This document shows positions 18,584-29,367 of a stretch of DNA of 64,000 nucleotides, piece by piece. The first letter of the stretch is position 1. Every line of letters begins with the position of its first letter. The notes below the pieces were generated by a model that ran no database searches, was not told where the DNA came from, and saw nothing but the letters and a program-made list of their open reading frames with translations. The translations under genes and the position numbers were made by a program. The stretch is from NCBI GenBank assembly GCA_963837025.1, contig CAWILT010000002.1:230554-294553 (forward strand), in the 5' to 3' direction. This DNA comes from an uncultured Alphaproteobacteria bacterium. Lineage in GTDB: Bacteria; Pseudomonadota; Alphaproteobacteria; Rickettsiales; JALZUV01.

Positions 18584-21388
18584 ATGAGCTTATACGGAGC
18601 ATTATTCGCAGGGGTATCTGGGCTAAAAGCACAGGCCAGCAAAATCGGAATTATTTCCGATAACATCGCCAATGTTAACACTGTAGGGTATAAATCTGCC
18701 GAAGCGCAGTTTTCAACCCTAGTAGTGAATGGCAATTCATCATCAGTTTCATCTTACTCAGCGGGTGGCGTATTAGCGACAGCGCGACAAGAGGTGGATA
18801 AACAAGGTTTGTTGCTTGCAACCGACGCGCCCACTGATATTGCGATATCGGGCGATGGTTTCTTCGTTGTTAATTCTCGCACCGATGGAACAGGTTCGCC
18901 TCTTTACACACGTGCCGGATCATTCCGTGCCGATGAAGTGGGTAACTTCCGCAACGCCGCTGGTTTTTATCTTCAAGGCTGGCCGCTAGATAGTAATGGA
19001 GACATCCCAGCTACCAGTGCAAACTTAGATAGTTTAGAAACCGTAAATGTGGACACTGCAACGGGTGATGCATCGGCTACAACGTTGGTTACCATTGGCG
19101 CAAATCTTAACTCCGGCGAAAAAATCTTCCCAGGTGTAAGCGATAAAGTTACCATGGATGTCAATTCAACCGCTAACTTTAACATTAAAGGCGATACCAT
19201 CATTTTGCCCAATGAATATGGATTTAGCAGCACGAATGGATTGGGTCGTAACGATAAAATGACCATATCAACCGGTAATGGTTTGAAATATGATTATAGC
19301 TATGGTGGTTTTTCAATAGGACGTGCGGTTAACGTTGCAGGTTCTACCAACAATGGCGGAGATGCAGGGCAAAATAATCTTGCAACACGCACTTTAGCGG
19401 GCACCGATATTGTGGCACTTACGCCGGGCGCGTCAACCATTGAAATTACTATCCCTAATCATGGCTTGGTATCAGGCGATGTAACATCACTATCAGGTAT
19501 TCCTGCGTTTGATAACTTTACAGTCGCAGAATTAAATTCATCCCACACGATAACGCGTACAGGTGTAAATACCTTTACGATTAGTGTAACCAACAGTGCT
19601 TCAGGTGCGGCTCCGGTTAGCCCAGCATCAGGCGGTACTGCCGATACACGTCAATTTGTGGGTAATATTTTAGATGCGGTAACGGTAAATGAAACTTTTC
19701 TAAGCACTAATAATGTGAATGGATTTACAACCGCCAGCCAACAATTTACCATCACGACGGAAAGCGCAGGAACCAAAACCTTTAAATATACCACCGGCTC
19801 GCCAAACGTAGCGCAAGGTGAATTTAATAATCTTACTACGCTTGCAACGGCAATTGATAATGTAGTGGGCTTAACCGCTCGCGTACAAGATGGCCGCTTA
19901 GTTGTAGGTGCTGAAGACGCCAATGAAGCGGTAACTTTCGCTAATCAGGATGCATTAGGATCATCAACCTTACGTGGGATTGACTGGATTAAAGAGTTGG
20001 ATTTAGCGAATGTGGCTTCATCTACAAACCGCTTCTCAACGCTTAATGGTTTAGCCGAATTGGTTAATACCAGTGCAGGCATTACCGCGGTGGTGAACAA
20101 CCCATTTTCAAGCACTACGCTTGATATTCGGGTGGATGATCCATTAGACACATTGCAGTTTCAAGACTTTTCACAAGAACCTGTAACGCGTTTGCCTAAC
20201 AATAGTATTGCTGTTTTGGCAGCAGATACGACTGCGGCTGCTGGCCCCGTTACAGTAACGGTGACGGATACAAACCACGGCTTCTTTAGAGGGCAAAATG
20301 TAACATTAGCAGGCGCGACAAACGCAGGTAGTGGATCATTTAACAACTTCACGGCTGCTGAGCTTAACGCATCTTATACCATAACCAATGTAATTGATGC
20401 CAACACTTATGAGGTAGTGATTAACGTTGCAAACGCAGCAGGTATTCCATCTGCATCTGCAGGCGGCGGTAACGCGATTGACCGTGCTCAAACCAACAAT
20501 GGTAGTTTACTGGCAGAACTTGGTTTAGTTGATTCGTTAGAAGGCGCAGCTTACACGCGTCAAGCAACATCACCGCTTGGGCCTCGTTATGATGCTTCAG
20601 GATCAGTGGGTTCCAACATGGCTTCAGGCGACATTGAATCACAATTTAGCCGCTCAATCCGTGTGTTTGATGCATTAGGAACACCGCATGATTTGCAAAT
20701 GAGTGTGATTAAAATTGATACTAACGAATGGGCAGTGGAAATTTTTGCTATACCCGAAAGCGATGTATCAACCACACTTTCTGATGGCCAAATCACAACG
20801 GGAACCATTTTATTTAACGGTGACGGTAGCTTACGTAGCATCAGTGCGGGGTTAGTGAATCCGGTAACCATTAACTGGACCAATGGCGCAACATCAAGCG
20901 ATGTATCCTTTGGATTTGGTACAGCAGGTTTACCAAAAGGCACCCCAAATGCGACCAGCTTTGGATTAACCGATGGTTTAAGCCAGTTCTCTTCTGCTTA
21001 TAATGTGAATTTCGTGAATCAAAACGGATCACAGGTAGGAGATCTTATCGGGGTAAATATCGATGATGAAGGTTTAGTATCGGTTAGCTTTAGTAATGGC
21101 GATGTACGTTCAGTCTATCGCTTGCCTATCGCAGATTTCACCAATCCGAATGGATTAGGCACTGAATCAGGCAATGTGTTTAGACAAACACGTGATTCAG
21201 GCGAGGTGAATTTACGGACATCAGGCTCAAATGGCGTAGGATCGGTTGTATCATCTGCATTAGAATCATCCAATGTAGAGCTTTCCGAGCAGCTTACCGA
21301 TTTGATTGTGGCACAGCGTGCCTATCAATCAAATACGCGAGCGATCACCGCTTCGGATGAGTTATTAGAAGAATTAAACCGACTCTAA
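18584..21388 (+). CDS. flgE: flagellar hook protein FlgE (934 aa, large insertion with duplicated module)
   Basis: N-terminus MSLYGALFAGVSGLKAQASKIGIISDNIANVNTVGYK. C-terminus NVELSEQLTDLIVAQRAYQSNTRAITASDELLEELNRL. Confidence 0.9.
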   Translation: MSLYGALFAGVSGLKAQASKIGIISDNIANVNTVGYKSAEAQFSTLVVNGNSSSVSSYSAGGVLATARQEVDKQGLLLATDAPTDIAISGDGFFVVNSRTDGTGSPLYTRAGSFRADEVGNFRNAAGFYLQGWPLDSNGDIPATSANLDSLETVNVDTATGDASATTLVTIGANLNSGEKIFPGVSDKVTMDVNSTANFNIKGDTIILPNEYGFSSTNGLGRNDKMTISTGNGLKYDYSYGGFSIGRAVNVAGSTNNGGDAGQNNLATRTLAGTDIVALTPGASTIEITIPNHGLVSGDVTSLSGIPAFDNFTVAELNSSHTITRTGVNTFTISVTNSASGAAPVSPASGGTADTRQFVGNILDAVTVNETFLSTNNVNGFTTASQQFTITTESAGTKTFKYTTGSPNVAQGEFNNLTTLATAIDNVVGLTARVQDGRLVVGAEDANEAVTFANQDALGSSTLRGIDWIKELDLANVASSTNRFSTLNGLAELVNTSAGITAVVNNPFSSTTLDIRVDDPLDTLQFQDFSQEPVTRLPNNSIAVLAADTTAAAGPVTVTVTDTNHGFFRGQNVTLAGATNAGSGSFNNFTAAELNASYTITNVIDANTYEVVINVANAAGIPSASAGGGNAIDRAQTNNGSLLAELGLVDSLEGAAYTRQATSPLGPRYDASGSVGSNMASGDIESQFSRSIRVFDALGTPHDLQMSVIKIDTNEWAVEIFAIPESDVSTTLSDGQITTGTILFNGDGSLRSISAGLVNPVTINWTNGATSSDVSFGFGTAGLPKGTPNATSFGLTDGLSQFSSAYNVNFVNQNGSQVGDLIGVNIDDEGLVSVSFSNGDVRSVYRLPIADFTNPNGLGTESGNVFRQTRDSGEVNLRTSGSNGVGSVVSSALESSNVELSEQLTDLIVAQRAYQSNTRAITASDELLEELNRL

Positions 21389-21407
21389 ATTTTAACGCAA
21401 AACCCGC

Positions 21408-21448
21408 AAATACCCGATAGAATGCAACCCTATCGGGTATTTGTATTT
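21408..21448 (+). terminator. rho-independent terminator after flgE
   Basis: AAATACCCGATAG / CTATCGGGTATTT 13-bp stem with a 9-nt loop, then GTATTT. Confidence 0.7.
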
Positions 21449-21628
21449 AAAATATAAAAAACAGGTTATGAAGTTAGTTTTTGTAACTAGTTAAAGCTTG
21501 TAAATCTTGACAAAAAGGCCTACTCCGCTATGGTTATTTGGTTAAGATATATTTATAAATATATCAAGAAGTATAAAGATTGAAGAGTTCGCAAACGAAC
21601 CATTCACGGGTGAAAGTTTAAGGAAGTT

Positions 21629-21958
21629 ATGACACAGAAGAATCGATTATTAGATAAGCTAAATTTGCCGGGTCGCACAGACGATGGCGATGCCACTAAT
21701 GTATCTTCTTCCATAACCGAAATGATGATGGATCCACGTTATTTGCGCCAATCATCAAGCTTAGTTAATCAAGCCTTACAAAAAGGTTTCGATGTGCTGC
21801 AAATGGAAAATGGTGAAATTGTGATGACGGGCACCAAAACAATCATCTATCGCTATCAATGGGATGCTGAACAAGGCAAATTAATGAAAAAAGCCATTGA
21901 AGATAAAGAAGAAGATGAGCGCCTACAGTTGCCCTCAATCGACGAAATTATTTCTTAA
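21629..21958 (+). CDS. hypothetical small acidic protein
   Basis: ORF with an AAGGAAG Shine-Dalgarno. Possible TTGACA(21507)-N16-TATGGT(21529) promoter. No family recognised. Confidence 0.45.
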   Translation: MTQKNRLLDKLNLPGRTDDGDATNVSSSITEMMMDPRYLRQSSSLVNQALQKGFDVLQMENGEIVMTGTKTIIYRYQWDAEQGKLMKKAIEDKEEDERLQLPSIDEIIS

Positions 21959-22815
21959 TTGCCTTTTTCTAACCGCTCTAGCTGATTCGCTAGTGCAACA
22001 AATTCATCAATCGTTAAATTCTCTGCCCGTAATGTTGGCTTGATGGCACATGCCTCAAGTAAAGCTTCAGACTTTTCATGCAGCGACTTTAAGCTGGAGC
22101 GTAACATTTTGCGCCGCTGCCCAAAAGCGGCTGCAGTTACGCGCTCTAAATAATGCAGTTTGCAGGGTGCACGCTCGAGTCGGGGAATAAGTTTTACGAC
22201 CGTTGAATCTACCTTTGGGGGTGGGCTGAAAGCGCTGGCAGGTAAGTCGAAGCAGCTAAAAGCTTCGCATAGCCATTGGCATAATATGCTCAAACGTCCA
22301 AAATGCTTGCTGCCCGCCGGCGCTACGATGCGTTGAACCACTTCTTTTTGAAACATTAATGTGAGCGATTGATAGCAGGTGGCGTCTTTATCTATTTCTT
22401 CGAGCCATTTAACAAGCATAGCCGTGCCTATATTGTAAGGCAAATTGGCAATAATCGCGCGCGGCACGGCTACCGTATCGAGTAACGAAATATTTAAAGC
22501 ATCCGCTTGGATGATTGTTAAACGATCATCCGCATACGTTTGCAGCTCAGTAAGTAGGCCTAACAGACGGGTGTCTTTTTCAATGGCGGTAATGCTCGCT
22601 GCTTCCGATGCAATAAGCGAACGGGTTAAGCCGCCGGGGCCTGGCCCGATTTCAATCACATGCACGCCATCCAGCTGCCCCGCTTGGCGCACAATTTTGT
22701 CGGTAATATTGGCATCCAGCAAAAAATGCTGGCCAAGTTTTTTGTCAGCACGCACCTGATGCTGCTGTAATTGCTGTGAAAGTGAGCCGAGCAGAAGGCT
22801 AATCCCGTATTTCAA
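21955..22815 (-). CDS. rsmA: 16S rRNA (adenine1518/1519-N6)-dimethyltransferase
   Basis: KKLGQHFLLD, VIEIGPGPGGLT, IIANLPYNI. Confidence 0.9.
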   Translation of the reverse strand: MKYGISLLLGSLSQQLQQHQVRADKKLGQHFLLDANITDKIVRQAGQLDGVHVIEIGPGPGGLTRSLIASEAASITAIEKDTRLLGLLTELQTYADDRLTIIQADALNISLLDTVAVPRAIIANLPYNIGTAMLVKWLEEIDKDATCYQSLTLMFQKEVVQRIVAPAGSKHFGRLSILCQWLCEAFSCFDLPASAFSPPPKVDSTVVKLIPRLERAPCKLHYLERVTAAAFGQRRKMLRSSLKSLHEKSEALLEACAIKPTLRAENLTIDEFVALANQLERLEKGN

Positions 22816-24061
22816 TAAAGGTATCGCGACGCAATTCGCGCATTATCTTTGATGCTTCTAAATCCAGCTTCTCACGAAATAACCGATCGCGCAGCCCCTC
22901 ATCAGCAGTAACTTGCACCGGCATTTCTACTTTTTCACAAAGAATGTAAAAGCGAATGCCTTCAGGTGTAGCAAACGGCTCGCCTACTTCACCCACATCT
23001 AAATCCAAAACCTGCTGTTTGGCATAAGCTGGCAATTCGCTGATGGTGGATTGCAAGAATGAAACGGAAATATCAGCACCATCAAATTGGTCAAGCCCTG
23101 CAATTGAGGGCTCTAAGCACGTGCCTGGATTTTGCGAAACCTGCTTGGCAATGCCTAAAGTAAGCTGCACCTCTTTAGGCGATGCATCATTGCGCAAACC
23201 CAATAACACTTCTTTGAGCGTAACCTCGCTAGGATCAAGCACAGTCACGTTACTTTTGGCGCGGGTTTCATTTAGGCGAATAATATGAATGCCACGTGAT
23301 GAACGAATCGGGCCTAAAATTTGGCCGGAGCTTGCAGTTTGCACTTGTGCGGCAATAATCGGCTCTAACTGGTCAAGCGTAACCCAAAAGCGGGGCTCTT
23401 TACCGGCAGGCACTTTCATAATTTGTTGCATGACTGATTCTAGCTTTGCGCCGCCTTTCACATCTTGCACAATTTTCTCAGCCAGCTGCATGAGCGTGGC
23501 TTCCTTTTCCGGCGCATCAATGCTTAACACTAAAGGCGTAATATTATATTCTTGGCCAGACTCAACCAAACGCTGATTTGAAGCTGCACGTTGAAATTCG
23601 GCTTCGCTAATGCGCACTTTTGAACGCACGACGGTCGACATCATTTTGCTCCACAATAATTGTGCTTGCAGTTGGCTCGTAAATGCAGGCCATGCTACAT
23701 TTTTGCTCGCCATAAATTGTTCTAAACTGCCCGGGGCTTGATTATTCTGCTTTTCTAAATCGCTAATGGCGGCTTCCATTTCGCCGGCGCTGATGGTGAT
23801 GCCTCGCTTTTTCGCTTCAATGGCATGCAATTGTTCATCTACTAATTGATTCAATGCTTCAGTCTTTACTTTCTGGCGCACCTCGGGTGTATCGCTCAAA
23901 CCGCTTGAACGGATAATGAGATTAGTGCGATCTTCTAAGTCAAGGTTTGAAATAGGCATATCACCTACCACAGCAACCACATCTAAATAACCCACGTCAG
24001 CAAAACTGCTAACCGGCATTAACAGTATGCAAAAGCATATTAACTTAAGACGATAAAACAT
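22799..24061 (-). CDS. surA: SurA-like periplasmic chaperone / PPIase-domain protein
   Basis: Signal peptide, SurA_N-like region and one parvulin-like region. Conserved lptD-surA-ksgA order. Confidence 0.75.
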   Translation of the reverse strand: MFYRLKLICFCILLMPVSSFADVGYLDVVAVVGDMPISNLDLEDRTNLIIRSSGLSDTPEVRQKVKTEALNQLVDEQLHAIEAKKRGITISAGEMEAAISDLEKQNNQAPGSLEQFMASKNVAWPAFTSQLQAQLLWSKMMSTVVRSKVRISEAEFQRAASNQRLVESGQEYNITPLVLSIDAPEKEATLMQLAEKIVQDVKGGAKLESVMQQIMKVPAGKEPRFWVTLDQLEPIIAAQVQTASSGQILGPIRSSRGIHIIRLNETRAKSNVTVLDPSEVTLKEVLLGLRNDASPKEVQLTLGIAKQVSQNPGTCLEPSIAGLDQFDGADISVSFLQSTISELPAYAKQQVLDLDVGEVGEPFATPEGIRFYILCEKVEMPVQVTADEGLRDRLFREKLDLEASKIMRELRRDTFIEIRD

Positions 24062-26172
24062 TAATTTAAACTCTCCAATTCTACACGTACAACAAACGAG
24101 GTGGAGGGTTCGATATCCCTGTCTCGTATGAGGCTTCGGCTGAGGTTACCATAAAGATTGAAACATTCATCCGTATATTTAAATCCAGCGTTCGCTGCTG
24201 TTTGTTGACTCTCCTGCAAATCTCTACGCGTGCCAGCGAATAATGTCCAGTAATCTGTCACGGCGACACTACCCGTGGCCACGACTTCTTCGCGATTATC
24301 AAGGAATGGATCATTATTTAAATTTAAGTAATCGACTTGGAAGAACACCGGATCGAAATTGACTAGACCATTCACCTCGGAGCGTTTTGGCGCTAAGCTT
24401 TCTTTATCAAGACGAAAACGATAGGCGGTAGAAAAATGCGTATCCCACGTTAAAGCTAACCGACCTACATAATCAGATTGGTTTTCAGTTAAATCATTAT
24501 TAAATGGAAAAGGGTTTTCTTCATCGGATCGATAATGCTGGCCGAATAAAAAATCCAGATTACGCGTATCGGCAAACTGCCACAATCCCTGAATACCATA
24601 GTTAAAACGCGGTCCTGTTTCAATGCGGTCATATCCTGCAAAGCGGTTACCATCGAATAAATTAGCGTCATTAAATTCAGGTATTACACTATCTTCATTC
24701 GGTATTTTACTAGTGTTTGCCCCGCTCGGGCTCATGATAAATTGTGCTACCGGTTCAATTAGAAGACTGCGTCCGGGGGCGTAGTGATTAATCAACGGAT
24801 AACGCCAGCTAAGCTCAGCCTGCGGAATCACGCGCGCTACATTTCCATCATAATCTTGAGCAAAGCCATCACGCGCCACATTTTCAACCGAATAAATATC
24901 ACCGCGAAGTGAAGTTTTTGCCTCCAGCACGTGCCCGCCTTGGGTGATATAAGGCACTTCCCACCCCGTCTCTAACGTTAAGCGGCGGCTTTGCGCACCG
25001 ATATTGCGCGATAGAATCGTGCTGCTGGCTTGCATATTAACCCGCGAATTGAGCCAGCCCGGATCTGTTTCATAACTATATTCTACAATAGGTGATATGA
25101 GCGGGGTGGTATCGGAATTATCACGAATGGTTAAACCTTGAAACGCCAATGCTTGAACGCCTAAATAACGACGACCCTTAATATTTTCAGCATAAAGCCT
25201 AGATGTGAGCATATCGGATGAAGCAATATTATAGCGGCGCATATAGGTGTCATCAGTTGTGCGATTAAGGTTAAAACCCCACGACCAATCATCTGATAAT
25301 TCGAAATTTCCAAATGCATTAATATGTCCGCGAATTTCCGTCCCATCAACTTCTTGACCTGAACTATTGCGGCGCGTTGGATTTGTAATAGAGCCACTCC
25401 ATTCCATTAATCCATTCGAAAATAAATGACGATATTCCGCCGCTAATACAGGCGCTTCATTACTTAAAAAGCTGGGGGCCAAAACGGCATCAATATTAGG
25501 CGCAATGGATAAATAACCGGGTATTTTCACGAAGCTGCCTAGCTCAGAATCGGAACCTACTTCAGGTGCTAAAAACCCAGTTTTCGCTTTAGCATCAGGG
25601 GTGGCATGACTAAAATAAGGTGTATATGCTACCGGTACACCCCATAATTCTAATCGCGCATTTTCATATTCAATACGTTCAGCTTCTTGATCAATGGTTA
25701 CAGCATCCGCTTTCATTTGCCATAAAGGGCTTTTGCCATCACAAATTTTGCAGGGGGAATAAACGGCTTTATCTAGCTCAATGACATTCTCGTTTATTTT
25801 TCGTGCTTCACGCGCTGCAAAGAGCGAGTTATTGGCTAGCCGCGCGCGAAAATCTTGAATAACCCCCGATTCAAGATTGTCTTTCAAACGAATATTATCC
25901 GCAAATAATACATCACCATTAGGCTGACGCAGCGAAATATTTCCGCTGGCATAGACCTCGTTAGCGGATTGTAAATAGGTTAAGCGATCAGCAAAAATAA
26001 TAATGTCGCCTTGCACAATTTTAACATCGCCTTGCGCAATAACACGAGATTGCTTTCGGTCATATCCCAATTCTTGCGCAGAAAGATAAACGGGTTCATT
26101 GCCCACAGCTAAATCAGCTGCTTGCCCCGCATAAGCCCAGAAAACAAGAATGAACAAAACCAACTGCCGCAT
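24061..26172 (-). CDS. lptD: LPS-assembly outer-membrane protein LptD
   Basis: Signal peptide, OstA N-terminal domain (ADRLTYLQSANEVYASGNISL), large C-terminal beta-barrel. TAATG overlap with surA. Confidence 0.9.
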   Translation of the reverse strand: MRQLVLFILVFWAYAGQAADLAVGNEPVYLSAQELGYDRKQSRVIAQGDVKIVQGDIIIFADRLTYLQSANEVYASGNISLRQPNGDVLFADNIRLKDNLESGVIQDFRARLANNSLFAAREARKINENVIELDKAVYSPCKICDGKSPLWQMKADAVTIDQEAERIEYENARLELWGVPVAYTPYFSHATPDAKAKTGFLAPEVGSDSELGSFVKIPGYLSIAPNIDAVLAPSFLSNEAPVLAAEYRHLFSNGLMEWSGSITNPTRRNSSGQEVDGTEIRGHINAFGNFELSDDWSWGFNLNRTTDDTYMRRYNIASSDMLTSRLYAENIKGRRYLGVQALAFQGLTIRDNSDTTPLISPIVEYSYETDPGWLNSRVNMQASSTILSRNIGAQSRRLTLETGWEVPYITQGGHVLEAKTSLRGDIYSVENVARDGFAQDYDGNVARVIPQAELSWRYPLINHYAPGRSLLIEPVAQFIMSPSGANTSKIPNEDSVIPEFNDANLFDGNRFAGYDRIETGPRFNYGIQGLWQFADTRNLDFLFGQHYRSDEENPFPFNNDLTENQSDYVGRLALTWDTHFSTAYRFRLDKESLAPKRSEVNGLVNFDPVFFQVDYLNLNNDPFLDNREEVVATGSVAVTDYWTLFAGTRRDLQESQQTAANAGFKYTDECFNLYGNLSRSLIRDRDIEPSTSFVVRVELESLN

Positions 26173-26220
26173 AAATGTGTTTTACGGTTAGCATGCGTTT
26201 AAAGCAAGTATGAAGGCCAA

Positions 26221-27315
26221 TTAACCATGTTCAAGATGTAACATCATCCAAACACCAATTAACAACGTAGCAAATGGTGGCGCCCATGCCGCTACTAAAA
26301 TTGGCAAACTACCCGATAAGCCCATGGCATGGATTAAATCGGATAAGAAATAGATTAAAAACCCAACTAAAATTCCACTGGCTACTAGCAACACCATTTT
26401 GCCTCGCCGTGGCGAGCGCAAACTGAATGTGGCGCCAATAAACACCATGCCCACTAACAATAAGGGGAGGGCTAGCAGAATTTGAAAATGCAATTTATGG
26501 CGAATGGCTGAAAAGCCAGCATCTTCAAGCAAGCCAATAAAATGGGGTAACTCCCAAAATGAGAGGGTTTCAGGCGCAGCAAAACTATCTTGAATTTGCT
26601 CTAACGTTAATTGAGTTGATAAAGAATATTCATCTAAAAATTCTGATGGTTTACCCTCACTCGATAAAACCACATCTTTTAAATGCCAATTATCTTTATC
26701 TAATTTAGCCGATGCAGCATCAATTCGGCCCAAAAATTTACTGTCCGATCCGTAGCGAAATACAATCACATTATTCAACATTACCTGTTCTTGATCCAGC
26801 CGAAGCGCATGGAACACACGTTCACGCGACTCGCCTGATGCGGTGATTTCAAAATCGCGTAACCACAAGCCCGACGATAATGACATCACACTCGATTTAC
26901 CCGAAATATAGCGTGCTTCCAATTGTTCAAAACGCGCCAACATTGATGATGAGATAGGGTTAAATAAAGTAACAAACAAAACCCCAATCATTAATGTAAC
27001 AAGCCAGCCAGGTTTCAAAAATTGCCACACCGAAACCCCTGCCGCGCGCGCTGCCACTAACTCAGAACTGCGGGTTAAACGGGTCAGCGCAATCATCACC
27101 CCAATCAACACGGCAAAGGGCAAAATACGTATGGCCATCTCCGGCGTTTTCATCAATGCCATATCGATAACATCCGTAAAATTTACATTGGCTTTGCTGG
27201 CTGTTCGACGCAAAAGCTCCACGGTATCGAGCATTAGAACTAAAAGTAATAAACCGCCTAGCGTGCCGAAAATTGCCCCTAAAAAATGACGCGCAACATA
27301 AAGATGTAAGGTCAT
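26221..27315 (-). CDS. lptG: LPS export permease LptG
   Basis: YjgP/YjgQ permease topology. Second gene of the overlapping lptFG pair. Confidence 0.85.
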   Translation of the reverse strand: MTLHLYVARHFLGAIFGTLGGLLLLVLMLDTVELLRRTASKANVNFTDVIDMALMKTPEMAIRILPFAVLIGVMIALTRLTRSSELVAARAAGVSVWQFLKPGWLVTLMIGVLFVTLFNPISSSMLARFEQLEARYISGKSSVMSLSSGLWLRDFEITASGESRERVFHALRLDQEQVMLNNVIVFRYGSDSKFLGRIDAASAKLDKDNWHLKDVVLSSEGKPSEFLDEYSLSTQLTLEQIQDSFAAPETLSFWELPHFIGLLEDAGFSAIRHKLHFQILLALPLLLVGMVFIGATFSLRSPRRGKMVLLVASGILVGFLIYFLSDLIHAMGLSGSLPILVAAWAPPFATLLIGVWMMLHLEHG

Positions 27316-28439
27316 AATCCTGCCTTGCCTAACGCCACATTATCCACTGGCGTAGCAGAGATGGAATGGTATCTTTGATCGCGCAATAAATAGGAAACTA
27401 AAGCTATCCAGAAAATTAAATTAAAATACATTAATGGGATAAGCATACGATTAGCGCTTACAATATTTTGTAGCGCCAGATCAAATGCAACAATGCAGAT
27501 AGCGACAATTGTAATTGCCCCTAAACGCTTTGCTTGACCGCGCCGATTAAACTCGCCGCGCAATAAACTTGCATAGGCAAACAACCCTAAAATTAAGGTA
27601 TAAAGTGGCCATACAATACGATGATGTGCTTCGGCTAGAAGCTCATTTCTTTTCGATTCATCAGCGGCGGCTTCGGCAAATAATTCAGGCAAACTATACT
27701 CTTCCGGCTTACGATCGCGCAAGGTAATATCCGTAGCATAAAAATTTAAATCCACCGCATATTCATCAAATTTTAAAAAAGAAAATCGGCCATTGCGCAA
27801 TTCTTGTCGGCTGCCATTAAATAATAAAAAGCGCGGACCCGATGATGTTTGTTCCACACGTCCGCTCTGCGCCATCATCGTTACAGGCTGTTCAATCATG
27901 CGATTATCATGCACTAATAATCCTTGTAATTGATTGTCGGCCAAACGCTCGCGAACAAAAACCGTTAAGCCTTTAATGGGCGAATTAAATACCTCCTCTT
28001 GCAATAAAAGCGACGCATAATTATCGCGCAGAAAACTCTGCATATCTTTAAATTTATGGTAGGTAACGGGCATTAAATAAAGCGCTAAAAAATAAGCAAT
28101 TACTGTTGCTGAACCTGCGACAATGAGCACTGGCCGACATAGTTGCCAACGCGATTGCCCTGCTGCGCGCAGCACCACTAATTCTGAATCTTGAATAAGA
28201 CGGTAATAAATAAATAATACACTTACAAATACTGCAAACGGCAATATCACAAATAAAAGCGATGGAATCATCAGCCCTGTAAGTTGTAGGAATGTGAAAG
28301 GCGATACGCCGCGATTTACAATATAATCAATAAATCGCAAGGCTTGGGTAAGCCAAATAATCGCGGTTAAACTAAAGGCAATAATCACCAAGGCTGTGCT
28401 AAGTTGCAATGAGATATATCGATTTAAACGTGAAATCAT
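27312..28439 (-). CDS. lptF: LPS export permease LptF
   Basis: YjgP/YjgQ family (MISRLNRYISLQL...). 4-nt overlap with lptG. Confidence 0.85.
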   Translation of the reverse strand: MISRLNRYISLQLSTALVIIAFSLTAIIWLTQALRFIDYIVNRGVSPFTFLQLTGLMIPSLLFVILPFAVFVSVLFIYYRLIQDSELVVLRAAGQSRWQLCRPVLIVAGSATVIAYFLALYLMPVTYHKFKDMQSFLRDNYASLLLQEEVFNSPIKGLTVFVRERLADNQLQGLLVHDNRMIEQPVTMMAQSGRVEQTSSGPRFLLFNGSRQELRNGRFSFLKFDEYAVDLNFYATDITLRDRKPEEYSLPELFAEAAADESKRNELLAEAHHRIVWPLYTLILGLFAYASLLRGEFNRRGQAKRLGAITIVAICIVAFDLALQNIVSANRMLIPLMYFNLIFWIALVSYLLRDQRYHSISATPVDNVALGKAGL

Positions 28440-28470
28440 GGCGTTAATCTAACAGGGCAGTCACGCAAAA

Positions 28471-29190
28471 TCACCGCGTTTTTTCGGCTAACACATAAAG
28501 TGCGATGCCTGTGGCAACCGACACATTGAGACTTTCCATTTGCCCATAAATTGGCAATTTGCCCAATAAATCACAATTTTCAGCAATGAGGCGGCGTAAT
28601 CCGGCACCTTCCGCACCCATAACCAACACCGTTCTTAAGCCTAGCTTATGTTTACTAAGCGCATATTCAGCTTCGCTATCCAGTCCTACACTCCAATAAT
28701 CGAGCGTTTGTAGTTCTTTCAGCGCGCGGGTTAAGTTTGTCACACTCACCAGCGCTACCGATTCTAACGCACCCGCAGCAATTTTGGCCATGGTAGCGCT
28801 TTCGCGCGGTGCATTCTTCTCTTGCACAATTACGCCCGCGGCATCAAATGCCGCTGCTGAGCGCAAAATAGCGCCAATATTTTGTGGGTCACTCACCTGA
28901 TCGAGCATGATGAGGGGTTTGCCCATAGCGGCCAATTCGCGCAAACTGGGTTGTGGCAAAGCCTGCACCTCAAGCGCCACACCTTGATGCACCGAATGCG
29001 GCGGTAAATGTTTATCCAGCCAATCAGAATCCACCGTGTGAGCATAGATTTTAGGAGGAACGGTCATGCGATCAGCCGCGTTGCCTGTCATATAGAGCGT
29101 ACGCTTTACCCGTTTTGGGTTGTCCAGCGCAGCTTGCACAGCGTGTGTGCCGTAAAGAAAGAAATGTCCAGCGGATAGGGGCGAGCTCAT
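28471..29190 (-). CDS. TrmH/SpoU-family rRNA 2'-O-methyltransferase (RlmB-like)
   Basis: LYGTHAV..., DQVSDPQNIGAILRSAAAF, VMGAEGAGLR, ESLNVSVATGIALY. Met at 29190 preferred to the track start at 29250. Confidence 0.8.
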   Translation of the reverse strand: MSSPLSAGHFFLYGTHAVQAALDNPKRVKRTLYMTGNAADRMTVPPKIYAHTVDSDWLDKHLPPHSVHQGVALEVQALPQPSLRELAAMGKPLIMLDQVSDPQNIGAILRSAAAFDAAGVIVQEKNAPRESATMAKIAAGALESVALVSVTNLTRALKELQTLDYWSVGLDSEAEYALSKHKLGLRTVLVMGAEGAGLRRLIAENCDLLGKLPIYGQMESLNVSVATGIALYVLAEKTR

Positions 29191-29281
29191 GCCATGTTCA
29201 TAGCAGGGAATTTTACCTTGTGCCACATCTACTCTTGCGCAAATGCGCATGACGCGCTAAACCATTTGCTCATACCCCAGT

Positions 29282-29367
29282 GGAGGGGTGGCTGAGCGGT
29301 CAAAAGCAACGGACTGTAACTCCGTCGGAGTATTCCTACGCAGGTTCGAATCCTGCCCCCTCCACCA
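29282..29367 (+). tRNA. tRNA-Tyr (anticodon GUA), class II with long variable arm, CCA encoded
   Basis: Acceptor stem GGAGGGG/CCCCTCC, anticodon stem ACGGA/TCCGT with loop CUGUAAC, T-arm GCAGG-TTCGAAT-CCTGC, discriminator A. Close to E. coli tRNA-Tyr. Confidence 0.95.

Noticed and set aside
21955-26172. Absence of pdxA from the lptD-surA-(pdxA)-ksgA string.
   Set aside because: Gene order here varies among lineages and pdxA may be elsewhere. Not unusual enough to report as a finding.
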